Of a stretch of DNA of 64,000 nt, positions 1 to 11,795 are shown piece by piece (the stretch's first letter is position 1; each line of letters starts with the position of its first letter). Source of the DNA: Octopus bimaculoides (taxonomy: Eukaryota); NCBI RefSeq assembly GCF_001194135.2, contig NC_068990.1, positions 15,149,208-15,213,207 of the forward strand, given 5' to 3'. A model generated the notes under the pieces. The model had not been told where the DNA came from. It saw only the letters and a list, made by a program, of their open reading frames with translations, and made no database searches. A program made the position numbers and the translations under genes.

Positions 1-269
1 ATATATATATTCCTTTGTAGATTTCGAACTCAGGATGTAGGAGGACGAGACAGAATAGTTAAAGTAGTATCTATTCCGTCACTCTTTATAAAAAAATATA
101 TATATGTCAAGTCGCCCGTCATATCATTGAACGACGCAGAAAATGATTTTCATACAATATCACTGTTTACATCAACAGGGAAGAGAGAGAGAGAGAGATG
201 GGAAGAGAGAGAAAGGACAGCGAAATAAACAAAAATAAACCTCAGATTTGCCTGCTACTTACATAATAA

Positions 270-388
270 TATAGGATATATATACACACAGACATAAACA
301 TCATGAGTGTTTCACCATATATATATATATATATGTGTGTACATATATATATATATTGATAGATAGATAGATGTATTATGTATGAGTG

Positions 389-427
<39 letters not shown>

Positions 428-585
428 TGATAGATATAGATGTATGCATTATGTATGAGTGTGTGTGTGTGTGTGTGTATGTATATATATATACATTCAT
501 ATATTATATTGATAGATATAGATATATGTATTATGTATGAGTGTGGATGTGTGTATATATATATGTGTGTGTGTGTGTGTATAGC
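270..585. repeat. Compound microsatellite (TA, TG, GATA); similar tracts at 1792-2000, 9960-10050, 25170-25470, 33275-33327
   Basis: Directly visible simple repeats. Confidence 0.9.
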
Positions 586-1414
586 AAAAGAAAAATATTC
601 AATGAAATAAACGATAGTTTTTTTTAGTGAATGCTAAAAGAATAATAATTCTGTTGACTTACCAGATGGGGTACAACTAAATGTTTGCAAGCCAACGAGG
701 GAACCTCTACGTTGTCGCTCGAACGGCTAGAAAATAATAGCAGCCAAATCTCCCTCAAAAAATCACACACACACCCCTAATCCGTCTTAGAAAAGGACAC
801 GTTGGACAATGTGTTGTTTCTGGGTTCCCTGCACATAAGGAAAAAAAAAGATTTAGATGGTGACGGTTTGAAATAACTTTGAGCGTAGGTCGGCTCGATC
901 AGGGGCTGACCTGTGGCCAAGCAACAACAACAGCAGCAATAAGTTATTTGTCGTGGAATGTTATTAGACATACCATTTCTTGAGGAAAAAAAAAAAACAG
1001 TTGATGAAACCAGCCAAGCAAGCTCGCCTTTTTTTTTTTATTTATGTTGTACGACAGTCGGAATTAGGTTCGTTGGCAATGTCGTAAAGACGAAAAGTAA
1101 AAAAAAAGTAAAAAAAAAAAAAACAATCAAATTTGAAAGACGCTTTAAACACTAAACAATATTATTATTTCATTTTCTGTTACACATCAGGTTTATTATA
1201 AACAGATTTCTGAGAATAAAATTTTTTTTTTTAATTCTGATTATATGCATATACATATATATATATATATATATATTTATATAAGGGCATTACTATATAA
1301 TAACGCCTCACGCCATGAGGGACTCTAAGGTCAGACTACTATAAAAAACACATTTTTACCGGGAATAAATGATGAATTTTTCCCTTATGAGGTTTTTTTC
1401 ACGCTAGCTACTTG

Positions 1415-1791
1415 NNNNNNNNNNNNNNNNNNNNNNNNNNNNNNNNNNNNNNNNNNNNNNNNNNNNNNNNNNNNNNNNNNNNNNNNNNNNNNNNNNNNNN
1501 NNNNNNNNNNNNNNNNNNNNNNNNNNNNNNNNNNNNNNNNNNNNNNNNNNNNNNNNNNNNNNNNNNNNNNNNNNNNNNNNNNNNNNNNNNNNNNNNNNNN
1601 NNNNNNNNNNNNNNNNNNNNNNNNNNNNNNNNNNNNNNNNNNNNNNNNNNNNNNNNNNNNNNNNNNNNNNNNNNNNNNNNNNNNNNNNNNNNNNNNNNNN
1701 NNNNNNNNNNNNNNNNNNNNNNNNNNNNNNNNNNNNNNNNNNNNNNNNNNNNNNNNNNNNNNNNNNNNNNNNNNNNNNNNNNNNNNNNNNN
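1415..1791. other. Assembly gap; other gaps at 2828-2959, 10051-10606, 21835-22097, 41938-42061, 49343-49352, 55955-56095, 58646-58884
   Basis: Runs of N. Confidence 1.
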
Positions 1792-1824
<33 letters not shown>

Positions 1825-2059
1825 TACACACACACACATATATATATATAACCCCCCCCCCACATACGTGTGTGTGTAGGTTTATGAGTGCATATATGAT
1901 ACGTACCTGCCTTGTATGTATATTTTATTATTTTTGTGTACGCGTGTTTGCATTTATGTTTACATGTTTGCGTGCGTGCGTGCGTGTGTGTGTGTGTCAT
2001 TTCCCTTGTTTTTGTTTTTCCCTTCCCATAAATTAACTTTTCCTAAACTTTTGTTCCTC

Positions 2060-2106
2060 AGTCCCCGATGAGCCGTAGGCGACACAGAATGTATATTTTT
2101 CGGACT
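2060..2106 (+). ncRNA. Degenerate type I hammerhead ribozyme motif
   Basis: agtcc/ggact stem I; CCGAUGA core (U4C); GCC-gua-GGC stem II; GAC in place of GAA; AGAAU/AUUUU stem III; UC cleavage site. Confidence 0.55.
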
Positions 2107-2271
2107 AACGATTATATATACATGAACTTTTCCACTTTTGTAAACCTCCTCTATTACCCTTATTTTTTCCTTTACTTTCCTTCACCCACCGTCTCTTCGT
2201 ACTCTGGATGTTCCTAATCTGTTTTCTCTAATCTGCACCTATTCTCCGTGTTTTTCTCCTTGTCTCCGTAT

Positions 2272-2308
2272 TCTTTCTGTTGAAGAGCGTAGCTCGAAAC
2301 GTTAAAGA
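2272..2308 (+). ncRNA. Minimal hammerhead ribozyme-like motif, copy 1
   Basis: tcttt-CUGUUGA-A-GAG-cguag-CUC-GAAAC-GUU-aaaga: 5-bp stem I, 3-bp stem II, palindromic ACGU stem III; A6 replaced by U. Confidence 0.65.
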
Positions 2309-2781
2309 CTTTCCGTATTCCCGAGCGTCATACTAATACATCCTTTTGTTATTTACACCACCTGTCCTCGTCTGTTGTTGTTTTTTTCGTACATTCTCCC
2401 ATATATAATACACGCTCGTGTGGTCGCACCAGCTAATCCTGTCTCCACTCATCACACACGAACTTCTGGATTCTACCTTCTTTCCTTCTGGGTCTACTCT
2501 TTCTGGATTGTCTGGTTCTGAACTTTACACCCTCCGGCTGCACCTCTCCTACCCACGGATTACACTGGACCCATCTTCTGATTGGAAATCGCCTCAATAT
2601 ACCACGACGTCTAAAAAACTTTTGAACTTTTCCACTTTTGTAAACCTCCTCTATTACCCTTATCATCTTTATTTTTTCCTTTACTTTCCTTCACCCACCG
2701 TCTCTTCGTACTCTGGATGTTCCTAATCTGTTTTTCTCTAATCTGCACCTATTCTCCGTGTTTTTCTCCTTGTCTCTGTAT

Positions 2782-2818
2782 TTTTTCTGTTGAAGAGCGT
2801 AGCTCGAAACGTTAAAGA
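2782..2818 (+). ncRNA. Minimal hammerhead ribozyme-like motif, copy 2
   Basis: Same core as 2272-2308, 510 nt downstream; one C-to-U change gives a G-U pair in stem I. Confidence 0.65.
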
Positions 2819-5394
2819 CTTTCCGTANNNNNNNNNNNNNNNNNNNNNNNNNNNNNNNNNNNNNNNNNNNNNNNNNNNNNNNNNNNNNNNNNNNNNNNNN
2901 NNNNNNNNNNNNNNNNNNNNNNNNNNNNNNNNNNNNNNNNNNNNNNNNNNNNNNNNNNNATATCATACACACTCTTAAAGATCGATATGTACTTATGTAA
3001 AGTGCTGTTGCGATATATTTTATAATTTTATTCAGGTATTTAGTTTCCTATACAAAATGTTATTGCGAGCTTCTACTTGCTAACCTGACCTGCTAAAAAT
3101 ACCAGCTAAATCTACCTGGAATTGTGTGCACCTGTTCTCATCGAGGAAGCACACACTGATATATTTAAAGATCTCCTGGGAACACGTTTCCGGGAAGAAG
3201 TGAAAAAAAAATGGTACAACGAAAACGGAATGCTTTCGACTCAATCGTCTTTTTGATATGGGCCTGCTTAATAGGAGCTTGCAGCTGTTGCTGTTGGTGT
3301 TGCTATTGTATTTTAGCCCTAGGTCGAAATAAAAAAAAAGGCTCTCAGCCACAGATAATTTACCATTTGTGAAATGGTTATGTAGAACTGGTTTCACAAA
3401 CCAATATGAGCCTGTTTTTTTTATTTTAAAGACAACAGGTTGTCATTTGATTATTATTTAAACCGATCAAGTAACCACACAGAAGTTTCCTTAAATTAAT
3501 AACTATTATCCATTTGTCATGTTCGTGACACAAAAGAAGTTTCTTTACCTATAAATTGGTAATATTCACGAACGAGAGGCAACTGACAACTAAATGACTA
3601 ACAATTAAAACAAAATATGTAATTGGCTTTTTTTTTTTTAAATCTACTTTATTTCGACTAAATGTTTTTTACATTTGTTTTTAATTTTCATTTAAGCCAA
3701 GATGAATAAATAAAAACACGAACACAAAATAAAGGATTCTCCACTTTTTCTTCATTTATTTAATGTAAGAATGACATTTATGAAGTCACAAGTTCTAAAT
3801 ATACAATATGTTTATTGGTTTATTTAAACCCGGGAAAGGCCAGTGATAAGAATATGAGATCATGTGAAAAACATGAAATGAAAGACAAAACTAGGAAGTA
3901 CTTTAGTTAAAAGACAAATTTTTTTTATTACCGTAGTCAGGGGAAAAACGCGTTACGTATATCTTTTTTTTTTTTTAATCATTTTATTTCTGCAACCCTT
4001 TTGAGTCGTCTACCCGCAAAATAAAAATATTTTCATGCCAAACCAATGAAGGAGCTACTTACGTAATCATTCGACCTGTTTGAAATGGCTCAAATCTCCG
4101 TCAAATGGTACCCTTTTAGTCTTAAAAGAGGAAGGCCATCACTTAGGTTGAGGTTTCAATTCCTAGTAGAAAATCAGGGATTTGATTGCTTCTGACACAT
4201 TAAATAATAGTCGGAGGGTTTCCTAAAAATACGGGATGGCCATAGCTGGAATGTCTTTGATCATAAGTCTCAACAATCAACCTTGACCTGAGGCTAAACA
4301 ACGATACCTTGCACATGAAGATGTCCTGTTTCTCCATAATTGAAGACTATATCTGGAGGACAAAGCTTAATTCTTTAGGAAGAGAACTATCTTCAGATGC
4401 ATTATTTGTGGCACGAAATGTTACTTCAGAGCAACAAAAATGATCATCCACTCCTTTTTATATATCAGGAGTATATTCTAATGAGCTCTTCTTCTATTCA
4501 TTTATTATTATTGTTATTATTACTAGAAATGTGGTATAGTGTAATTTGATGGAGATTTAGTAGCTATTTCTAGCAACATGAGTTACCATACTGTCACCCT
4601 TTGTTGGGTCAACCCAGCAGTTGGTTATTACAAGACTGTACAAGATTATCATATGCTATTTCATTATAGCAAGCAAAATTTACAAAACTGTTATGCTTCG
4701 TAACATTAACTGAAACCAATTAACACTCTAAAAAAGAAAAATCTGTATTCACTACAGTGTTTGGAAACGTTAAGCATTTAAAATTAACTGTTTTTCTGTC
4801 ATCTTCTTTGTTGTTACCACCGTCATCTGTTACTATCTTTGGATGTTGGTACAGTTTACAGAAACAGCTCGTAAATTTTTTTTTTAAATGTTCGTCATAC
4901 TCTCTGAAAGGTCTAACTTACTTGCAGATTATTAAAATAGATATGAAACAGTTTCAAGTAAAAGAATTTAGCTTAGCCATGGCAATTGTTATCTATTCTC
5001 AGAAAACATTTTACAGATTGCCGATTCCAACAAAACAAGTCACAAACTTTACATTCACTCTTGCTGACCTATACAAACATTTATCTTCAACTCTTTCTAT
5101 TCAATGTGAAGGCAGTGAACTAACGATTAGGATGTTGGTTTCAATTCTCAAGATGCTAGTGTGTTGTTTCCTTGAGAAAGGCACTTCATTTCATGTAGTT
5201 CCAGTACACTTAACAATAACTGAATTGATTGTCTGTGGAACTGAGTCATTAACCTTGTGTTGGCCTAGTTTCTCATTCAGGGGTGAGGATTCATGTACTT
5301 TCTGCCTAATTTCTTTGAAAATCCAGATAAGCTCTGTTCTCATGAACCAGAAGTCTTGAGGCAGATTATAAGTTTTTTTACTATTTAGCACATC

Positions 5395-5600
5395 CTTTGG
5401 AACCTACTGTCTGCCTGTATAATAATGTCAGTTTCATTCCCCTTCCACAGGTTCCCTCCACAATTAGAACCCAGCACTTCTTTATGCAACTGTCCTCATC
5501 TCTATGCATCACATAACTACCACAGTGCAGTCTTCTCTCTTGCACACAACATGTGATGCCTCTTATACCCAGTTTTCCTCTTAAATCATTTACACTCTGA
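5395..5600 (-). mobile_element. RTE-type LINE 3' fragment
   Basis: RRLHCGSYVMHRDEDSCIKKCWVLIVEGTCGRG. Confidence 0.7.
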
Positions 5601-6673
5601 CATGCATGCATATGTTTATTTTTAGAATAATATTTTAGGGTAAATAAATGTGACAGGCCAGATACAGCCAATTTGAAGATAAAAACAGGTAGAATATTTT
5701 GGCCAGATATGATCAGTTTAAATGCTAAAGGATTAAAAATGATTCTTAGAGTTCCCTATGGGACTTGAAAATGATTGATTATATCCCAATCTACAATATC
5801 GTTAATGTTATCTGTTAGGCCTATTGATACCAACTCAGCTGAAACTGCCCCTAGTTCTACGATATAAAGCCTTAGTTTTAAAGTGATCTAAATTTTTAAA
5901 ATTCCATCAAAATTTCAAGTTAATTTATGCCCCAATCAACAGCTCTAATAATAACAAATTTATTTTACTAAATTCTAAATTATTTTCAAAATTAAGTGAA
6001 ACAAACACAGTGTATCTCAACAGAAATAATGGTAACAAAAGAGTCAAAATACTCCACTGATTCTCTACCAAGGAAACCTAATTGGTGGCTTGACTTGTTA
6101 CAAACAGTAACTAAATCTCCTACAAATGACACCAGATCAGTTTAAAAAACGGAAAAGTGCACTTTGCATATGGCTGAAATGTCTTTGATCAAAGGGCTGC
6201 ATGATCTAGGTTGAACTACAAAATGAAGAAGTTCTTGTATTCAATCAATTTGCTAGAATCAGCAGGCACATATCCCACCATCAAATTTCATCCTACTATC
6301 TTAGAATTAGTTGAATATACTCAATTAATATGCATGGAAAACAATTTTTGGATGATCCTGTAAAACTGGCTGGACAATAAAGATGCAAAAAAGGTTATGG
6401 CAGTAGCAGAATAAATGAGAGTTTTCTTTCCAGTAGATTCTAAGCAAAATATGAGAGCAGGCACAGCTGTTTGGTTAAGTTGTGGTTGTAGGTTCAATCT
6501 CACTGTGCGATTCTTTGGGCCTCTTCCACCATAGATTCAGGTTCACTAATACACTTTGTGTGGAATTTGATAGTAGAAACTGTATGAAGGCCCACTGTGT
6601 GTGTGTGTGTGTGTGCGCATGTACATGCATGAGTGTGAACATCCTATAATGATGTATATTCTTTTCTACACTA

Positions 6674-6872
6674 GGCACAAGGCCCAAAATTTTGGGGGAG
6701 GAGACCAGTCGATTAGATCAACCTCAGTATGCAACTGGTACTTAATTTATCAACCTTGAAAGGATGAAAGGCAAAGTCAACCTTGGCAGAATTTGAATTA
6801 GGAGCGTAAAGGCAGATGAAATACCGCTAAGCATTTCGCCTGGCATGCTAAAGTTTCTGCCAGCTCGCCACC
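6674..6872 (+). repeat. Interspersed repeat (family E); copies near 11985-12170, 33700-34060, 35165-35300, 38445-38640, 43960-44155
   Basis: Shared ggcacaaggcc...aaggatgaaaggcaaagtc...ctgccagctc block. Confidence 0.8.
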
Positions 6873-9730
6873 ATATAATGATGTGTATTGAAGGATGTAA
6901 ATATCATCAAAAAAACTCCAAAAATGAAAACCTGTGCCAGGCCTCTAATCCAGCTTCCAGAAATTCAGGAATACTGTGCAATATTATACAATATACTGTG
7001 CCGTGCACTGAGTAAACACGCCCTGTTTATGAAGTTGGTTCATTTGCATATGTGTTAAAAATAATTTTGGTTTTTACTTCTTCAAAGGGATTGACGAAGA
7101 TTAAAGATAATTTGCTTAAGAATTATATTAATTGTGCCTGTATCTGTTAAATAAAATCATGTTCTTTACTTTTCTTCAATTTTCATCCTATGAAAATTAT
7201 ATTTTACACATAGATATATGTGTACAGTATAATGTATGATATATCATGAGAATTTTAAGTGGATTAATAAATACCAAACAGGCTCTGCTTTAGAAGTGTA
7301 CTAATTTGAATTGCTTAAATACAATTGAGCTCTTTCCTATTCATAGTCTATTTTATGTTTTAAGCATACATTTAGATTGTCTCTAGAAAACTGGAAAATC
7401 CAGAAATCTGGGACACTTCCCGTTATAAGCTTCCTAAATAACAGCTCTGGTAATATACTATCTGAAAGAAGCTATTTGCTTTATATATTCCCTGAAAATT
7501 GGGAGAAAAGCGTAGGGAAGAGGGGCTAATTGATTAAATGTATCCTAGTTCATGATTGATATTTTATTCTATCAATCTAGAGGTATGAAAGTAAAGTTGG
7601 CTAGAAAATATATATATAATCATCGTTTTAATTTTGCATCCACTTTGCCATGCTTGCATGGGTCAAGCAAAATTTGTTAAGGCAAGTTTTTCTCTGGCTG
7701 GATGCTCTTCTTGTTGCTAACCCTCACCTGTTTCCAAGTAAGATAATATTTCCCCATAGATAGACATGTTTTTCACAGAAGACTTTGCTTGTATGATAGT
7801 GGTGCTCATTTACAACCATCACATGATGTACAGACAAGATGAGATCCTTCCTGAATCATATAGATGCTCAGGGCTGGTTTCCCAGTTTCCATGGTGCAGA
7901 CATTCCCCCTGGATGGGATGCCAGTCCATCGCAGAATTACTAATATTTTGCCATCTGAGTGGACTGGGGCAATATGAAATTAAATGTTTTCCTCAAGAAC
8001 ACAACACATCTAATCCAGAAATCAAAACCACAATCTTTACAATCATGAGTCCAACACCCCAACCACTAAGACACATGCCTACACCTAGACATGAGTACAC
8101 AGAAACACACACATACACATATATACACAACAGGCTTCTTTCAGTTTGTCAACCAAATCCACTCGTAAGGCTTTGGTTGGCTTGAAGCCATAGTAGAAGA
8201 CTCTTGCCCAAGGTGCCACACAGTAAGACCGAGCTCATGACCACATGTTTGGGAAGCAAGCTTCTCGACCATACAACCACAGCTGCACTTTATATGTATT
8301 TATCATCACCATCGTCGTTTAACGTCTGCTTTCTATGCTAGCATGGGTTGGACGATTTGACTGAGGACTGGTAAGCCAGCAGGCTGCACCAGGCTCCAAT
8401 CTGATCGTCTGCTTTCCATGCTAGCATGGGTTGATATCCCAATTCCTTACCTGCCTCATTCTCTCACTGGTTTAAGTTTGATCACATGACTAGTATAGAC
8501 ATTATCAAATAGATATAAAAGCTTTTTGATTAACATTAATTCTTTTATCAAGCATATAAAGCTATCATTATCATGTGCCAGCACATCATGCCAATGCCAC
8601 AGTAAAGCATCCAGCACACACTGTAAAGTGGTTGGCATTAAGAAGGGCATCCAGCCATAGAAACTAGACTAAATCAGACTGGAACCTTGTGCAGCTTTCT
8701 GGCTGCCAGTTTGGGTCAAACCATCCAAACCGTGCCAGCATGGAAAATGAACATTGATGATGAAGAACAACAGGCTAGCAAATGGTAAAACACCAGACTA
8801 ATTCTTCTTATTTCCAGTCCTGCTAAAATAGAGCTTAACATCCTTTTTCCCTCCCCAAAATAAGTACCTCTAATTTGATTATGATTTTAATGAACTTTAC
8901 TGAAAGGGAGAACACAGGTTAAATACATAAAAATAACAATTTCATCTTTTTTCTGCAGAGATTTAAGTGCTGAGATTTCCTTTGCTGCAACTACAGATTG
9001 ATCTGTTTGGACAGTCAAAAAGTAACAAAACTATCTACCCTAGTTCTCTTTTAATTAAAATTTCAAAAGTCTAGCTACAGTTGACTATAGATTGAATTTT
9101 AGTTTTGCATTTCCACTGAAAAAAAAAAAAAAATGAAGTACTGGGGTTAATTTGTTTGACTAAACCTTTCAATGCAGGCCCTCACCATAGCTACAGCTCT
9201 ATAATTGAAACAAGTAAAAAATAAAAGATTTTTAAAAGTGATATTAATTAATGTAAGGTATACGTAGAGGAGTAATAGAAGCAGTGAGCCCTCACACGTG
9301 CTGTGTTTAAACACTGCTATCATTGATTTTTACCGTTCAGCTACCTTGGGTTGTTAACATAACAGAGCAGAGATATAGGCTAAATGAAATCAATACCAGT
9401 ACAACACTAAATGATCAATATGCAGAAAAAAAAAAAGGTTTTTGTTGGTCTTTTCTCAGATTAATAAGGAAAGGGGGAGGTTTAATATAAAACAAAAAAT
9501 TAAATTTTTTCTTACAACAAAAACAACTCAGATTTCAATAATTCTATAATTGCTATATAATATAATTGATTGCATGCAACCAAATTGAAACAGAGAAACT
9601 TCAAGCTCATACAAGCTTTCAGTTTAATTCCTTCTTCTCATAAGAATATACTGTTTGAAATGTCAGATTTTTTTCATAATAAACACTGCAGTGACGGGTC
9701 CAGTTAAAACCTATAAATATGACATCAATA

Positions 9731-10942
9731 TCTATAAAACACAAGATGTTTGTGTGTGTGTGTACGTGATGTGGGTTATGCACGTCCACAAATTAGCACG
9801 CATGTCGCTCCAATTTTAGGATTACATTGTTCATGACCCTATCTGTGTTTTTGTCAACTTTTTCTCACAGAGGCACCCGCGTATAGCTGTAAAAATCGAT
9901 AAACTTTTACCAATTTTGAAGTTTGTTGACATGGCGAAGTCAAATCTGTGCGTACGCGCGCGATGGAGAGAGAGAGCAAGAGAGAGAGAAAGAAAGAAAA
10001 AGAGGGAGAAAGAAAGAAAGAAAGAGAGAGAAAGAAAGAAAGAGAGAGAGNNNNNNNNNNNNNNNNNNNNNNNNNNNNNNNNNNNNNNNNNNNNNNNNNN
10101 NNNNNNNNNNNNNNNNNNNNNNNNNNNNNNNNNNNNNNNNNNNNNNNNNNNNNNNNNNNNNNNNNNNNNNNNNNNNNNNNNNNNNNNNNNNNNNNNNNNN
10201 NNNNNNNNNNNNNNNNNNNNNNNNNNNNNNNNNNNNNNNNNNNNNNNNNNNNNNNNNNNNNNNNNNNNNNNNNNNNNNNNNNNNNNNNNNNNNNNNNNNN
10301 NNNNNNNNNNNNNNNNNNNNNNNNNNNNNNNNNNNNNNNNNNNNNNNNNNNNNNNNNNNNNNNNNNNNNNNNNNNNNNNNNNNNNNNNNNNNNNNNNNNN
10401 NNNNNNNNNNNNNNNNNNNNNNNNNNNNNNNNNNNNNNNNNNNNNNNNNNNNNNNNNNNNNNNNNNNNNNNNNNNNNNNNNNNNNNNNNNNNNNNNNNNN
10501 NNNNNNNNNNNNNNNNNNNNNNNNNNNNNNNNNNNNNNNNNNNNNNNNNNNNNNNNNNNNNNNNNNNNNNNNNNNNNNNNNNNNNNNNNNNNNNNNNNNN
10601 NNNNNNAAGGGACAGGCTCCTTATTTTTTGGTTAAGGTTGTTGGTAAGCTTTCCTAAGTTACTCCAATCCAGATCCCCAATGCAAACCTTCAGATCAACC
10701 TTCTCCTATGCAGATCTCTAATGCAACATTTAAAAAAAGAGTCAATAAGTGAAAATAACCAATAAACTGATTCCTTATGGGATTTCCCAATCAAATTGCC
10801 AGCAAACCATTTTCAGCCAAACCAACTTCAACGGATTTCGCTCAAATCTGATGTCGATGTTACTTATTTTGGTTTGAAATAAAGGACTTAATCATTTAAT
10901 AATCCTAGCTTAATCCCGAGCAGTGCCGGGTTATACTGCTAG
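9731..10942 (+). mobile_element. Non-autonomous Helitron-like element (spans gap 10051-10606)
   Basis: A|TC 5' end, internal microsatellites, 3' hairpin cccgagcagtgccggg followed by CTAG|T. Confidence 0.7.
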
Positions 10943-11377
10943 TTAATGATAAAACAGTTAAAATTGGAGAGCTGGCAGAAATTTTACATTTTGGCTTCTT
11001 ACATTCCAAGTTCAAATGCTGCCAAATTCAACTTTGCCTTTCACCCTCTGGGGCTAAAAAATAAGGACCAGTGAACTATTAGTCAATGTAATCAACTTAC
11101 CCCACCCCTCAAAATTGCTGGTCTTGAGCCAAAATTAAAAATAATAGTATGGCAGTTAATATTTGTGAAAATAGCTTACAGATGATTGAATTAGAGATAT
11201 ACAAAGCTGTTATTTATTAACTCTAATAAATCAATGTTCTGAGTCCCTAAGTTAGTAACAATGAATCACCCTTACCAACATATACTGGCTGCCTTTTAGC
11301 TACAAAGGAGACTATATTTTGAAAGAAAAAGATTCCACAATTGTATCACTCTTGCCTTTTTAAAAGAATTTAGTAGA

Positions 11378-11545
11378 GGTGCAGGAGTGGCTGTGGGAAG
11401 TAGCTTGCTTACCAACCACATGGTTCTGGGTTCAGTCCCACTGCGTGGCACCTTAGGCAAGTGTCTTCTACTATAGCCTCGGGCCAACCAAAGCCTTGTG
11501 AGTGGATTTGGTAGACGGAAACTGAAAGAAGCCCGTCGTATATAT

Positions 11546-11585
<40 letters not shown>

Positions 11586-11795
11586 GTATATTTGTGTGTC
11601 TGTGTTTGTCCCCCCAACATCGCTTGACAACCGATGCTGGTGTGTTTACGTGCCCGTAACTTAGTGGTTTGGCATAAGTGACTGATAGAATAAGTACCAG
11701 GCTTACAAAGCATAAGTCCTAGGGTTGATTTGCTCGACTAAAGGCGGTGCTCCAGCATGGCCGCAGTCAAATGACTGAAACAAGGAAAAGAGTCT
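11378..11795 (+). mobile_element. tRNA-derived SINE with CORE-like block (family A); other copies near 12345-12730, 15125-15330, 19400-19700, 30529-30915, 47640-47980
   Basis: A/B-box-like head (tggctgtgg..., gggttcagtccc), ccttgggcaagt CORE-like block, microsatellite, shared tail. Confidence 0.85.

Larger units (their letters stand above)
2123..2827 (+). repeat. Direct repeat of ~200 bp (2123-2317 and 2623-2827), PLE pseudo-LTR-like
   Basis: Near-identical units inside one contig, each ending in a hammerhead motif; copy 2 has a ~10-nt insertion and runs into a gap. Confidence 0.8.

Noticed and set aside
21-62. Possible plus-strand terminal exon after tcctttgtag
   Set aside because: Upstream context is outside the window and no frame gives an identifiable peptide.
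8935-9010. KEISALKSLQKKDEIVI, resembling a PLE RT N-terminal motif or an exon
   Set aside because: Too short, lacks the following ADKG motif, and no supporting context.
9250-9400. Possible H/ACA snoRNA (agcagtg/cactgct hairpin)
   Set aside because: The ACA box lies about 25 nt past the stem and the other hairpin is weak; geometry does not fit.
9916-10721. Long ORFs in the track that span N-runs or microsatellites (also 1385-2000, 21721-22135, 25084-25515, 58589-59085)
   Set aside because: Artefacts of gaps and simple repeats.
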